This document shows, in pieces, positions 47,281 through 55,830 of a DNA stretch of 64,000 bases (its first letter is position 1; each line of letters begins with the position of its first letter). This DNA is from Candidatus Latescibacterota bacterium (GTDB lineage: Bacteria > Latescibacterota > 4484-107), in contig JAZDJA010000184.1 of assembly GCA_043804415.1 (NCBI GenBank), positions 7,630 to 71,629 on the forward strand, read 5' to 3'. The notes below the pieces were generated by a model. It did not search any database and was not told the DNA's origin. It saw only the letters and a program-made list of their open reading frames with translations. A program made the position numbers and the translations under genes.

Positions 47281-48198
47281 TTACTTGAGACTCGCCTTCA
47301 CCGCACCCCAGGACGTGGGTGCCACCGCCACAGGTACATCATAGAGCGGATTGCCCACGAGGTAAGCATCGTTCAAGTAATCGGCACTCGTACCGGGGTA
47401 TGTGAGGTACTCGGGACCCGCAGTTCCGATCTGGGTATCCCTAGTGCCCAACTTCACATCGCAATCATCCCACCAGATGGCCAACCCTATAGGCACCCCA
47501 GCCTCGTAGGTTGCCATAGCGTCGTGCATCCTGGACTCCCCAACGGAAAGCCCAACTTCGTCCCAAAGGGCCAGCTTGAACTCATACGCATAGGTCACAT
47601 CCGTCGTGCCGGCGGGATAGTCAGTCACGGCGTAAAAAAACTCCGGGCTTGTTATCCACGCAGCTTCGTCCGAAGCCCAGATGTGGCACACGGTATCGTC
47701 ATCATTCCCACCGGGCCCCATGGCAACGCCCTGCTTAAGCCGTACGCCGAACATCTGGGCGTACTCAGCGTCCAAGTCGCCCCACCTGTAGTTCCCGCCG
47801 ATGTTGCCGGCATCCGTCATAATTTCGAGGTTGTCCTCCGTCCAGCAATTGCCGTTGGTGGGACGACCGACCTGCAGGACGTCGTCGGTCACCCGGCTGT
47901 ACCCATAGAGCATATTGTCGGTACTCCAACCGAGGTACAGGACAGCGGAAAAGTCCTCCGGTCCGGAAAGCTCGGAACCCCCCACCAGCCCGAAGTAATC
48001 GGGATCATCCACAGATGAGAGCATATAAGCCTGAGGATACACCGCAGGGTCCTCCCAATCAATACCCAACCCATCAATGGTGATGAGTGCTGGGTTGATG
48101 TAAGGAATGGTGAGATCCGGACGAGTGACCTGGGCATACACGGCGCCGGCCAACACACATATCATCAACACACCTATCGCCAAAATGATTCCTCTCAT
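47281..48198 (-). CDS. secreted hypothetical protein with the C-terminal motif ...PTSWGAVKASLK
   Basis: signal peptide MRGIILAIGVLMICVLAGAVYA-Q; RBS GGAGGTG; the 5' and 3' flanks are duplicated at the neighbouring gene 46351..47190. Confidence 0.6.
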   Translation of the reverse strand: MRGIILAIGVLMICVLAGAVYAQVTRPDLTIPYINPALITIDGLGIDWEDPAVYPQAYMLSSVDDPDYFGLVGGSELSGPEDFSAVLYLGWSTDNMLYGYSRVTDDVLQVGRPTNGNCWTEDNLEIMTDAGNIGGNYRWGDLDAEYAQMFGVRLKQGVAMGPGGNDDDTVCHIWASDEAAWITSPEFFYAVTDYPAGTTDVTYAYEFKLALWDEVGLSVGESRMHDAMATYEAGVPIGLAIWWDDCDVKLGTRDTQIGTAGPEYLTYPGTSADYLNDAYLVGNPLYDVPVAVAPTSWGAVKASLK

Positions 48199-48234
48199 AG
48201 TACACCTCCGTTGTGTATTGGATGCTGCAAAAAA

Positions 48235-48320
48235 GAACCTCCCGCAGGTTGGTGAGCGTTTGGCCAAACGTTCGCCTGAATTATGCGCCGGAGATTCGCT
48301 GGGAAACCTGTGGGAGGTTC
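48235..48320. repeat. composite inverted repeat: outer GAACCTCCCGCAGGTT ... AACCTGTGGGAGGTTC arms enclosing the 14-bp palindrome CGTTTGGCCAAACG
   Basis: arms at 48235-48250 and 48305-48320 (1 mismatch); inner palindrome about 48256-48269; same motif family as 39036/39751. Confidence 0.55.
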
Positions 48321-48720
48321 AGGAGCCCTGTTTCCCATCCATCATACCCCGAAATGCAAAAACTCCGGTCAAGGCCCATCCCGCGCCCACATACCGGAGT
48401 TGTACGACAAACGAAGAAAGGCTTAAGTTGCGGATAGATAGAAGTTGTCGCATGACTCCTCCTTCATCTTCCCCTGTACCCGAATCCTCTCCCTTATCCA
48501 ATTGCCATCAATATATGCAGAATCTCCCAAAAAGTCAAACTGTTTTTTAGGCATTCCCCCCTCACAGCTCGGACGAAATGCGATGCTCCCACCTCTCCCC
48601 GACACTCGAACTGAACATCCCCCAAAACATCAAAGCCCCCTCCCAAGACGAAGGGAGCCACGCAAAGACCTCCCGCAGGTTGGCATTGCTGGAGGTTTCC
48701 CGCCTCGAAGAAACACAAGA

Positions 48721-48757
48721 AAACCGCCCTGAGCTTCCTCCTCAGGGCGGTTTTTCC
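48721..48757. terminator. bidirectional rho-independent terminator AAACCGCCCTGAGcttcctcCTCAGGGCGGTTTTT (duplicate of the 46112 module)
   Basis: perfect 12-bp stem with T-runs on both strands; ends the minus-strand gene 48826..51489. Confidence 0.75.
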
Positions 48758-48825
48758 CTTTTCACGTTCCACGCTTCACGTTTTGCACTTTGCGTTCTTC
48801 GCGTTCACGTTTCAGTCTTCACTTC

Positions 48826-51489
48826 TCATTTCTCTCTTCTGGCACGCAGCACCGACAGCCCAGCACCATCGGTACCGAACCATATCCTCCCATCCGGCCC
48901 CTGAACGATGGACCGCACGCCCTCGCTACCGATCCCTGAGACCCACTCCCGGCCATCGAAACGGCTCAGGCCATTGTTCCTTGTGGCCACCCAGGCGAAT
49001 CCTTCGCTGTCCGCCATCAATGCCTGCACATCCAATCCAGGCAGACCGTCCTGTTCCCCAAAGTGGCTCCACGTCTCTCCGTCAAAGCGGCTCACTCCGT
49101 TCCCATCCGTGGCAATCCAGATGGTCCCCGCCGGATCGGTCGCAATCAGGTTGACCTGGTTGCTGAGCAACCCCTCTTCGGTGGTGTAGTGCGTCCACGT
49201 TTCCCCATCGAAGCGATTCACGCCACCCCCCCGGGTAGCCATCCAGATGGTCCCGGAGGCATCTTCGGCAAGATCGGTCACATTGTTGCTGCTCAGCCCG
49301 TCGCTCTCAGTGTAGGTCTTCCACCCCTTTCCGTCGTATACGGTGACGCCCTTCCCCTTCGCCGAATCCCAGTCCCTGGTCCACACCGAGCTCCACACCC
49401 TTCCCAGGTGATCCACGGTCACAAATCCAGTGCTCCCATCCAGATGGGGGATGCCTTTCTTCCCATCGTACCGGGAGAGGCCGTCGCGACTCGCGATCCA
49501 TGCCCCGCCCTCCAGATCCACTGCCAGGTCCCGAATGCCCCACATGGAGAAACTCTCATCCGCCTCGAACGCCCGCCAGCCTTCCCCGTCAAAGGTGCAC
49601 AAACCTCCCGCCAGCACCCACGGAAGGCCGCCCTTATCGAAGGCGATCGATCTGACCTGGTTTCCGGAGAGACCATCCTCAGTGGTCAGGGCCGTCCATG
49701 TGCCCCAATCCGACCGGTCGTCCCGATCCCCCACATTGAGCCATTCGTTGATCTGAAAGGTCACCACTTCCTTGACATCCACGCTGGCCGTCTCCGCCTG
49801 CGTCTCGGGAATATCGAACTTGAGCCCCATTACCCGGTTCCCGTCATAGCGGGGGTCGGTTTCGGGCTCACAAATATTCACGCTGAAGTCGAATCCGCCC
49901 CGAGACTGCTTCGCCTGCACCAACAGCGTGTTGCGCCCCTCGGTCACGGGAAGCTCCTTGCGGTCATTGGGCAGCTTATGACGCCGCACCCCCTGGTAAT
50001 CATACACTTCCGATCCGTTGATCCAGACCTTCAAGTCCTCCCCGGATCCGATCCAAAGTTCGGCAGTCTGTGATCTGGGGGCCACGAACTCCGTGTACGC
50101 ATACACCAGGCAGTTGACCGGATCCTTGTAGTAGGTGTCCAAGTCAATCCGGTCATCGTGGAAATACACCGGTTTGCTCCAACCGTCCTGATCCGGCACC
50201 ACCTGAAGCGCCTGAGGATCGGGCAACATACTTTCCTTCTCCGATATCCCGAAGGGACCGCTCAGCACCCACGTGCGCGCGCCCTGGCCGTAATGTCCCT
50301 GCTCACCCCATTTCCCAGTGCCCACCGGGCACTTCTCGAAACGGCGGGCCACCTGGTCAATGGTATTCCCATTCACCTTGATGTACGCCATGTCGGATTT
50401 TCCCAGCCCTTTGGTGGCTGCCAAGGTCAGGTACTCGATGTCATCCGGGTTGAATCCGATCAGTCGGGCCGAGACCGCGTCCGCTGCCACGATGTCCGCG
50501 CTGGCCACAATCATGTTCATCCGCACGGGCCGGCCGCCGCCGTATTCGTCGGTCTTGCGCCGCTCCATACACATGAGGGCATCCACCACCACAAAATCCA
50601 CACCGGACAGGGAGGTGAGATCCACGATGGTCTCATCCAAGATCGCCGGCGTATGCGCAAGTCCCGGGTTTCCGCTGCCCGGGGGAAAGCCCATGTTCTT
50701 GGACCACCCGTAGATCATGCCCGGAGCAATGCCCACAAAGTTCTTCATCGCATTGGTCATCCCCACCCCATCGTGAATTTTGAGCACCGGGACGGAAATC
50801 AGCACGTCGCATTCCAGCACCGTGGCCGGGATGAAATACTTCTCGCGCGCATACCACTGGTCTGGAACACTCACCTCGATGGCCTCATCGAAGTTTAGAT
50901 CCACGATGTCGAGCTGAATGCCGGCAAGGGCCTCATCCTTCAAAAGGGCCCGGTACCCGGCCACCTCAAAGCCATCTCCCAGATTGGACTGGGGGATCCT
51001 CGCCTGGATGTCGGCGTGGTCGGCGGTGATCCACTCCCCGTTGCCCTCGGCAATGGTGATCCGCGCCTCCGGAGCGATCGCATGCACGATCTTCACCAGC
51101 GCCTTGATCACCCGAACATCGGTGATCACGCCCGATCCGCTGGGCTTTAGTTCCACGACGTTCGCCTTGAGCACCACCCAGTCCGTGCCCGGCTCAATGA
51201 TCGTGTGCAGCCCGCCGGCCTCGGTGATCGCGTAACGGACCATGGCCTCCACCTGCGCCTCGGTCAGCGCCGAGTCCGGGGATGCCGGTTCTCCCAACTG
51301 CGCGAAGTCGGAGCGAATCACGCCAACCACGGATTGGTCCGGCTTGGTGGCTGCCGAGACCGCATCTACTATGCCATACCCGGCGCCCGTATGCTCCTCC
51401 GGAGACTTTGCCATATCCAACACGACCATCAGAACCAAGCCCACCCCAACCAGCCCCCACGATATGTGCTTCCTGGCACATTTGCTCAT
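48826..51489 (-). CDS. membrane-anchored or secreted protein with an N-terminal DUF362 domain fused to two-component-regulator-type beta-propeller repeats (Reg_prop)
   Basis: start MSKCARKHISWGLVGVGLVLMVVL (signal/anchor); DUF362-like ...VLKANVVELKPSGSG...LKIHDGVGMTNAMKNFVG...; repeated GL(S/C)RFDGExW propeller units. Confidence 0.65.
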   Translation of the reverse strand: MSKCARKHISWGLVGVGLVLMVVLDMAKSPEEHTGAGYGIVDAVSAATKPDQSVVGVIRSDFAQLGEPASPDSALTEAQVEAMVRYAITEAGGLHTIIEPGTDWVVLKANVVELKPSGSGVITDVRVIKALVKIVHAIAPEARITIAEGNGEWITADHADIQARIPQSNLGDGFEVAGYRALLKDEALAGIQLDIVDLNFDEAIEVSVPDQWYAREKYFIPATVLECDVLISVPVLKIHDGVGMTNAMKNFVGIAPGMIYGWSKNMGFPPGSGNPGLAHTPAILDETIVDLTSLSGVDFVVVDALMCMERRKTDEYGGGRPVRMNMIVASADIVAADAVSARLIGFNPDDIEYLTLAATKGLGKSDMAYIKVNGNTIDQVARRFEKCPVGTGKWGEQGHYGQGARTWVLSGPFGISEKESMLPDPQALQVVPDQDGWSKPVYFHDDRIDLDTYYKDPVNCLVYAYTEFVAPRSQTAELWIGSGEDLKVWINGSEVYDYQGVRRHKLPNDRKELPVTEGRNTLLVQAKQSRGGFDFSVNICEPETDPRYDGNRVMGLKFDIPETQAETASVDVKEVVTFQINEWLNVGDRDDRSDWGTWTALTTEDGLSGNQVRSIAFDKGGLPWVLAGGLCTFDGEGWRAFEADESFSMWGIRDLAVDLEGGAWIASRDGLSRYDGKKGIPHLDGSTGFVTVDHLGRVWSSVWTRDWDSAKGKGVTVYDGKGWKTYTESDGLSSNNVTDLAEDASGTIWMATRGGGVNRFDGETWTHYTTEEGLLSNQVNLIATDPAGTIWIATDGNGVSRFDGETWSHFGEQDGLPGLDVQALMADSEGFAWVATRNNGLSRFDGREWVSGIGSEGVRSIVQGPDGRIWFGTDGAGLSVLRARREK

Positions 51490-51514
51490 GGTGCGCTCTC
51501 TTTCTTTTACGCTC

Positions 51515-52522
51515 TCATTCCAGTGATACCGGCGCTCCCTGCCGGTCCATCGAACGTTGACATGCATCCAGCACCCGAAGTACGCGCAGACCGTCTCGTC
51601 CGTCGCTTCTCGGGGGAATGCGCGTTTGTACACTGGCGACGAAATGCTCGCACTCCGCGCGCAACGGCTCTGTCATGGCGATCCTCGGAATCAGCACATC
51701 GCCCCAGCGCAGAGAGAGCGATTCCCCGTAGGTGCTGTAGTCGCCGCTCTGTTCCACGCCCTTATCGTAAACCCGGATACTCTCCCCGGTGGCCATATCG
51801 TCGAACACGGCCATCTTTCGGCTGCCCACCAGCGTGAGTTTTCGGATCTTGTGGGGATCCAGCCAACTCACGTGAATGTGCGCCATTGCGCCTCCCTCAA
51901 AATGAAGAATGGCAAAGGCCACGTCCGGGACGCCGTCCTGAAGATAGGACTGGCCCACGGCAGTCACCCGGACCGGCTCCTTTCCCATCAGAAAAAGCAC
52001 CATCGACACATCGTGCGGCGCAAGGCTCCACAGGGCGTTCTCGTCCTTGCGCACCTTTCCCAGATTCACGCGCTCGGAATACAGATAGTAGAGATCTCCC
52101 AGATCCCCCTGATCCACATAGTCCTTCAGTTGGAGCAGTGCGGAGTGATACTCCATCAAATGCCCGACCATCAGGATGCGCCCCCGCTCCTCAGCCAGGC
52201 GCACCAGGCGCTCCCCGTCCGCCACAGCGAGCACCATGGGCTTCTCCACGAACACGTCCTTGCCCGCCTCCAGAGCCTGAGCAGCCAACGCATAGTGCGT
52301 GACAGGCAACGTGGCAATGACCACCGCATCCACTTCCGGATCGGAGATGACCTCGTCGGGCACCGCGGTCGTCCGAATCGCAGGGAAATTTTGGCCGATC
52401 CCCACAAGCACGTCCGGATTGGCATCGCACGCCATCACCACCTGGCTGTCCCGAAGCCCGTCAAAATTCCGGAGCAGATTCCTGCCCCAGCTTCCCACCC
52501 CGATCTGCCCAATACGTATCAT
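51515..52522 (-). CDS. Gfo/Idh/MocA-family oxidoreductase (nucleotide-sugar dehydrogenase-like)
   Basis: MIRIGQIGVGSWGRN Rossmann motif; RBS AGGAGGG; EKP catalytic motif. Confidence 0.8.
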   Translation of the reverse strand: MIRIGQIGVGSWGRNLLRNFDGLRDSQVVMACDANPDVLVGIGQNFPAIRTTAVPDEVISDPEVDAVVIATLPVTHYALAAQALEAGKDVFVEKPMVLAVADGERLVRLAEERGRILMVGHLMEYHSALLQLKDYVDQGDLGDLYYLYSERVNLGKVRKDENALWSLAPHDVSMVLFLMGKEPVRVTAVGQSYLQDGVPDVAFAILHFEGGAMAHIHVSWLDPHKIRKLTLVGSRKMAVFDDMATGESIRVYDKGVEQSGDYSTYGESLSLRWGDVLIPRIAMTEPLRAECEHFVASVQTRIPPRSDGRDGLRVLRVLDACQRSMDRQGAPVSLE

Positions 52523-52540
52523 GGCCCTCCTCATCCGTTA

Positions 52541-52719
52541 GAGGATTTTTTTCCTATGCGTGTGCTCCTGACTTTTCTTTTGCTCTTGACGTTGCCTTTG
52601 CTTTTGCTTTTGCTTTTGCTTTTGTCTTTGTTTTTTTGCCTGTTACTTTGTTTTAGCCTTAACCTCAACCTGCTTTTTCTCCACCTGCCTTTTCCTTACC
52701 TTTCCCTTTCCCTGCCGCC
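52541..52719. repeat. CT-rich low-complexity tract with (GCTTTT)n-like microsatellite units (purine-rich on the coding strand) between rfbB and the Gfo gene
   Basis: gcttttgcttttgcttttgcttttgtctttg... then ccttaacctcaacctgc...; a related tract is at 53785-53880. Confidence 0.7.
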
Positions 52720-53727
52720 CTACCCCTTCCCATACTGCTTCTCATAGTAAGCCGCAAAACTGCCATCCTTGATTTTACGCCACCACGATTCGTTCTTCAC
52801 GTACCAATCGATCGTCTGATCGAGCGCCTCCTCGAACGAGTGTCGGGAGCGCCATCCCAATGCCTTTATCTTGTCGCAATTCAGGGAATACCGGCGGTCG
52901 TGCCCGGGACGATCGGCCACATGGTGGATCAGGCTTTCGGGCTTGCCGAGGCGCCTCAGAATATGGCGGGTCATGTCGATGTTCCGAGTCTCCACCCCCG
53001 TGCCCAGATTGTAAATCTGGCCCGGTTTTCCATTGTGCAGGACCAGATCGATCCCTTCGCAGTGGTCCTGGACATACTGGTAGTCCCGCATCTGCAGTCC
53101 ATCCCCGTAGATGGGAAGGGGCAGGTCGTCTAGGGCGTTGGTGATGAAAAGGGGAACGACTTTCTCCGGGTATTGAAAGGGGCCGATGTTGTTGGATCCG
53201 CGCGTGATCGTGGCCGGCACGCCGAAGCTGACGAAGTATGCAGAGACCATGTGATCGCCGCCCGCCTTGCTCGCCGAATAGGGACTTCGCGGCTCCAATA
53301 AGTCCGTCTCCCTGGAGGAGCCTTCCATGACCGCGCCATAGAGTTCGTCGGTTGAAACCTGATGAAAGCGCTCCACGCCGTACCTTCTGGCCGCCTCAAG
53401 CAGCACGTAGGTGCCGTATACGTCCGTGTTGATAAATGCGCCGGGTTCCATCAACGAGCGGTCCACGTGGGTCTCGGCCGCAAAGTTGACGATCACGCTG
53501 ATCCGGTGTTGCTCCATGACCCGATCCACCAACGCCGCATCGCAGATATCTCCATGGACAAACGCATAGCGCGGGTCCTTCTCCACGTCCCGCAGATTTT
53601 CGGGATTGCCCGCATAGGTCAACTTGTCGAGATTGACGATTCGATATTCGGGGTATTTCCCCAGCATCCCGCGTATAAAATTGCTTCCAATAAAACCGGC
53701 GCCGCCCGTGACCAACAGGGTTTTCAT
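52720..53727 (-). CDS. rfbB: dTDP-glucose 4,6-dehydratase
   Basis: MKTLLVTGGAGFIGSNF Rossmann start, YxxxK catalytic motif (...SPYSASKAGGDH...); RBS AAGGAG. Confidence 0.85.
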   Translation of the reverse strand: MKTLLVTGGAGFIGSNFIRGMLGKYPEYRIVNLDKLTYAGNPENLRDVEKDPRYAFVHGDICDAALVDRVMEQHRISVIVNFAAETHVDRSLMEPGAFINTDVYGTYVLLEAARRYGVERFHQVSTDELYGAVMEGSSRETDLLEPRSPYSASKAGGDHMVSAYFVSFGVPATITRGSNNIGPFQYPEKVVPLFITNALDDLPLPIYGDGLQMRDYQYVQDHCEGIDLVLHNGKPGQIYNLGTGVETRNIDMTRHILRRLGKPESLIHHVADRPGHDRRYSLNCDKIKALGWRSRHSFEEALDQTIDWYVKNESWWRKIKDGSFAAYYEKQYGKG

Positions 53728-53784
53728 AGACGCTCCTTGCACGCTCAGTGGAAAAACCAAAAGAAACATCATGTTGAGGTTGAG

Positions 53785-53880
53785 AACGCCCCTCTAAACT
53801 TTCACTTTCGCTTTTGCCTTTGTCTTTGCCTTTACCTCTACCTTTGTCTTTTCCCTTACCCTCACCTCAGCCTTAACCTT
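53785..53880. repeat. CT-rich low-complexity tract (ctttygcctttg / ccttaacc units) upstream of rfbB
   Basis: shares motifs (gccttaacct, cttttgcctttgtctttg) with the 52541-52719 tract. Confidence 0.65.
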
Positions 53881-55201
53881 ATTCTTCCCTTGTCCTTCCA
53901 AAACACAAACACGCCGCAAAGGACCCATCCGTCCCGTGTCGATGCGGATAGGTTCTCACAAAATCTCCGAAGGGGGGTCCGATGCTCTTTGATGCCGGCT
54001 CCAAAACGAATTCCGGATGGCGCGACAGAAAATCTCCGACCACGCCCTCGTCCTCCTCCTCCTCCATCGTGCACGTGGAATATACGAGCCGCCCTCCGGG
54101 CCGGAGCGTTGAGGCCCCTTTCTCCAACAACTGCCCCTGGAGCGCGACCAGCTCCCCGATATCCTTTTCCTCCAAGCGCCACCGCGCATCCACTCTGCGA
54201 GCGAACACCCCCGTGCCCGAACACGGCGCATCCACCAGCACCCGATCGAATGCTCCGCCCTGATAGGCCAGCGCATCGATTGCCGCGGTCTGAACGATCT
54301 CAATCCCCAGCCTTCGAACATTTTGGACGATCCGATCCACCCGGCGAGGATGCCTGTCCAGGGCCACAATGGTTCCCACATTTCCCATCAGTTCCGCGAG
54401 GTGCGTCGTCTTGCCCCCTGGCGCCGCGCACAGATCCAATACTCGCTCCCCAGGTTGGGGATCCAGCAGCAGACCGGCCAATCCCGCACTCGGATCCTGC
54501 GCCTGAAACCAGCCCGATCTAAATACGTCCGTTTCAAAGAGCCCCTGCGCTTCGGGAATTTCCACAAAGCCCGGCGTCAACTCGCTCGGCACCCCGGAGA
54601 ATCCCTCTTTCTCCAGACGTGCCAGGAAATCCTCCACCGTGCCCTTCAGGCGATTTACCCGGACGGATACCGGGCGTCGCCGGTTGTTCGCTGCGCATAG
54701 GAGCGCAGCCTCCTCCATCCCGAATCGTTCGATCCATCGCGTACAAAGCCAGCGGGGATGCGATCCCACGACACAAAGATAGCCCGCCGGATCCCGCTCC
54801 AGATCCGGATAAGCCATCCGATCCCGCTCCTGGGATACCTTTCTCAGCACCGCATTGACCAATCCAACCGTTCCCCGATGGCCGACCCGTTTGGCCAATT
54901 CCACCGACTCGTGCACGGCCGCCCGATCCGGCACGCCATCTGAAAAGAGGATTTGATAGGCCCCGAGGCGCAGCACGTTTCGAATCGGAAGGGGCAATCC
55001 TTCCAAATCCCCTTTCAGACAGAGAGAAAGTGCCCAGTCCAGCCGTCCGCGCCAGCGCATCGCCCCCAACGCCAACTCCCGGCAAAACGCACGATCCTTC
55101 AGGCTCAGCCCGGACAGGCCCTCCCGCAAGAGCTCATCCACATAGGCACCATCGGTCTCCACACGCCGGAAAATCTCCAAAGCAGCCGCACGAGCATTCA
55201 T
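53879..55201 (-). CDS. rsmB: 16S rRNA (cytosine967-C5)-methyltransferase
   Basis: NusB-like N-terminal domain plus SAM-MTase motifs (...DLCAAPGGKT..., ...DAPCSGTG...). Confidence 0.85.
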   Translation of the reverse strand: MNARAAALEIFRRVETDGAYVDELLREGLSGLSLKDRAFCRELALGAMRWRGRLDWALSLCLKGDLEGLPLPIRNVLRLGAYQILFSDGVPDRAAVHESVELAKRVGHRGTVGLVNAVLRKVSQERDRMAYPDLERDPAGYLCVVGSHPRWLCTRWIERFGMEEAALLCAANNRRRPVSVRVNRLKGTVEDFLARLEKEGFSGVPSELTPGFVEIPEAQGLFETDVFRSGWFQAQDPSAGLAGLLLDPQPGERVLDLCAAPGGKTTHLAELMGNVGTIVALDRHPRRVDRIVQNVRRLGIEIVQTAAIDALAYQGGAFDRVLVDAPCSGTGVFARRVDARWRLEEKDIGELVALQGQLLEKGASTLRPGGRLVYSTCTMEEEEDEGVVGDFLSRHPEFVLEPASKSIGPPFGDFVRTYPHRHGTDGSFAACLCFGRTREE

Positions 55202-55590
55202 ACACCTGAGTCCTTATCTCGCAATTGGGAATGATGCGCTACGAGGGCGAACACACTATTGCCCCAAGTCAGGCCAATTGCGAAAGAACCAGAAACCTGA
55301 AGGGGGGGGTGCTTGCGGGAGTGGATTCCTATGGGATTGCTTGGGTACTTCGTGGCTGAGGATGACGCAAAATGGGACATGTACTTACAGGCCAATAGGT
55401 TTCTTGTCCGTTGGTACACTCTTTCAAGACGTTCAAGATAGAACAACCAAGGAAGGATGAAGGTTCCCTCTGCCGGTCGATCTGTGCTGTGAATCTGTTC
55501 TGGGCCGCCTCCTTCATCCCTCCCAACTCCGTGATTGTCGCACAGATTTCGTTCGCCGATTCTTCCCAATCGCTGATGATCCTTCCCCCA

Positions 55591-55731
55591 CTATCCCAAC
55601 AGATCGGTCATGAATTGATCGCCGATCTCAAAGGCCTCCCGCCAAGAACACTTTCTAAGAAACTTGATCGCGATCACCCCGCCAAACATGATCAACGCCG
55701 TCAACATCATCAATCTCAAGATGGTCTTCAT
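55591..55731 (-). CDS. possible small membrane peptide (46 aa)
   Basis: ATG with a strong RBS GGAGAGGGGAGCC; hydrophobic MKTILRLMMLTALIMFGGVIAI; below the ORF-track size cutoff. Confidence 0.2.
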   Translation of the reverse strand: MKTILRLMMLTALIMFGGVIAIKFLRKCSWREAFEIGDQFMTDLLG

Positions 55732-55830
55732 GGCTCCCCTCTCCTCTTCTGATACCCGGCAATGAGAAATCCCACACCCACCATGCCGAATCGTTTTGGG
55801 GGTGCGTGAGGCCGCTGCTCATTCCTCCGA

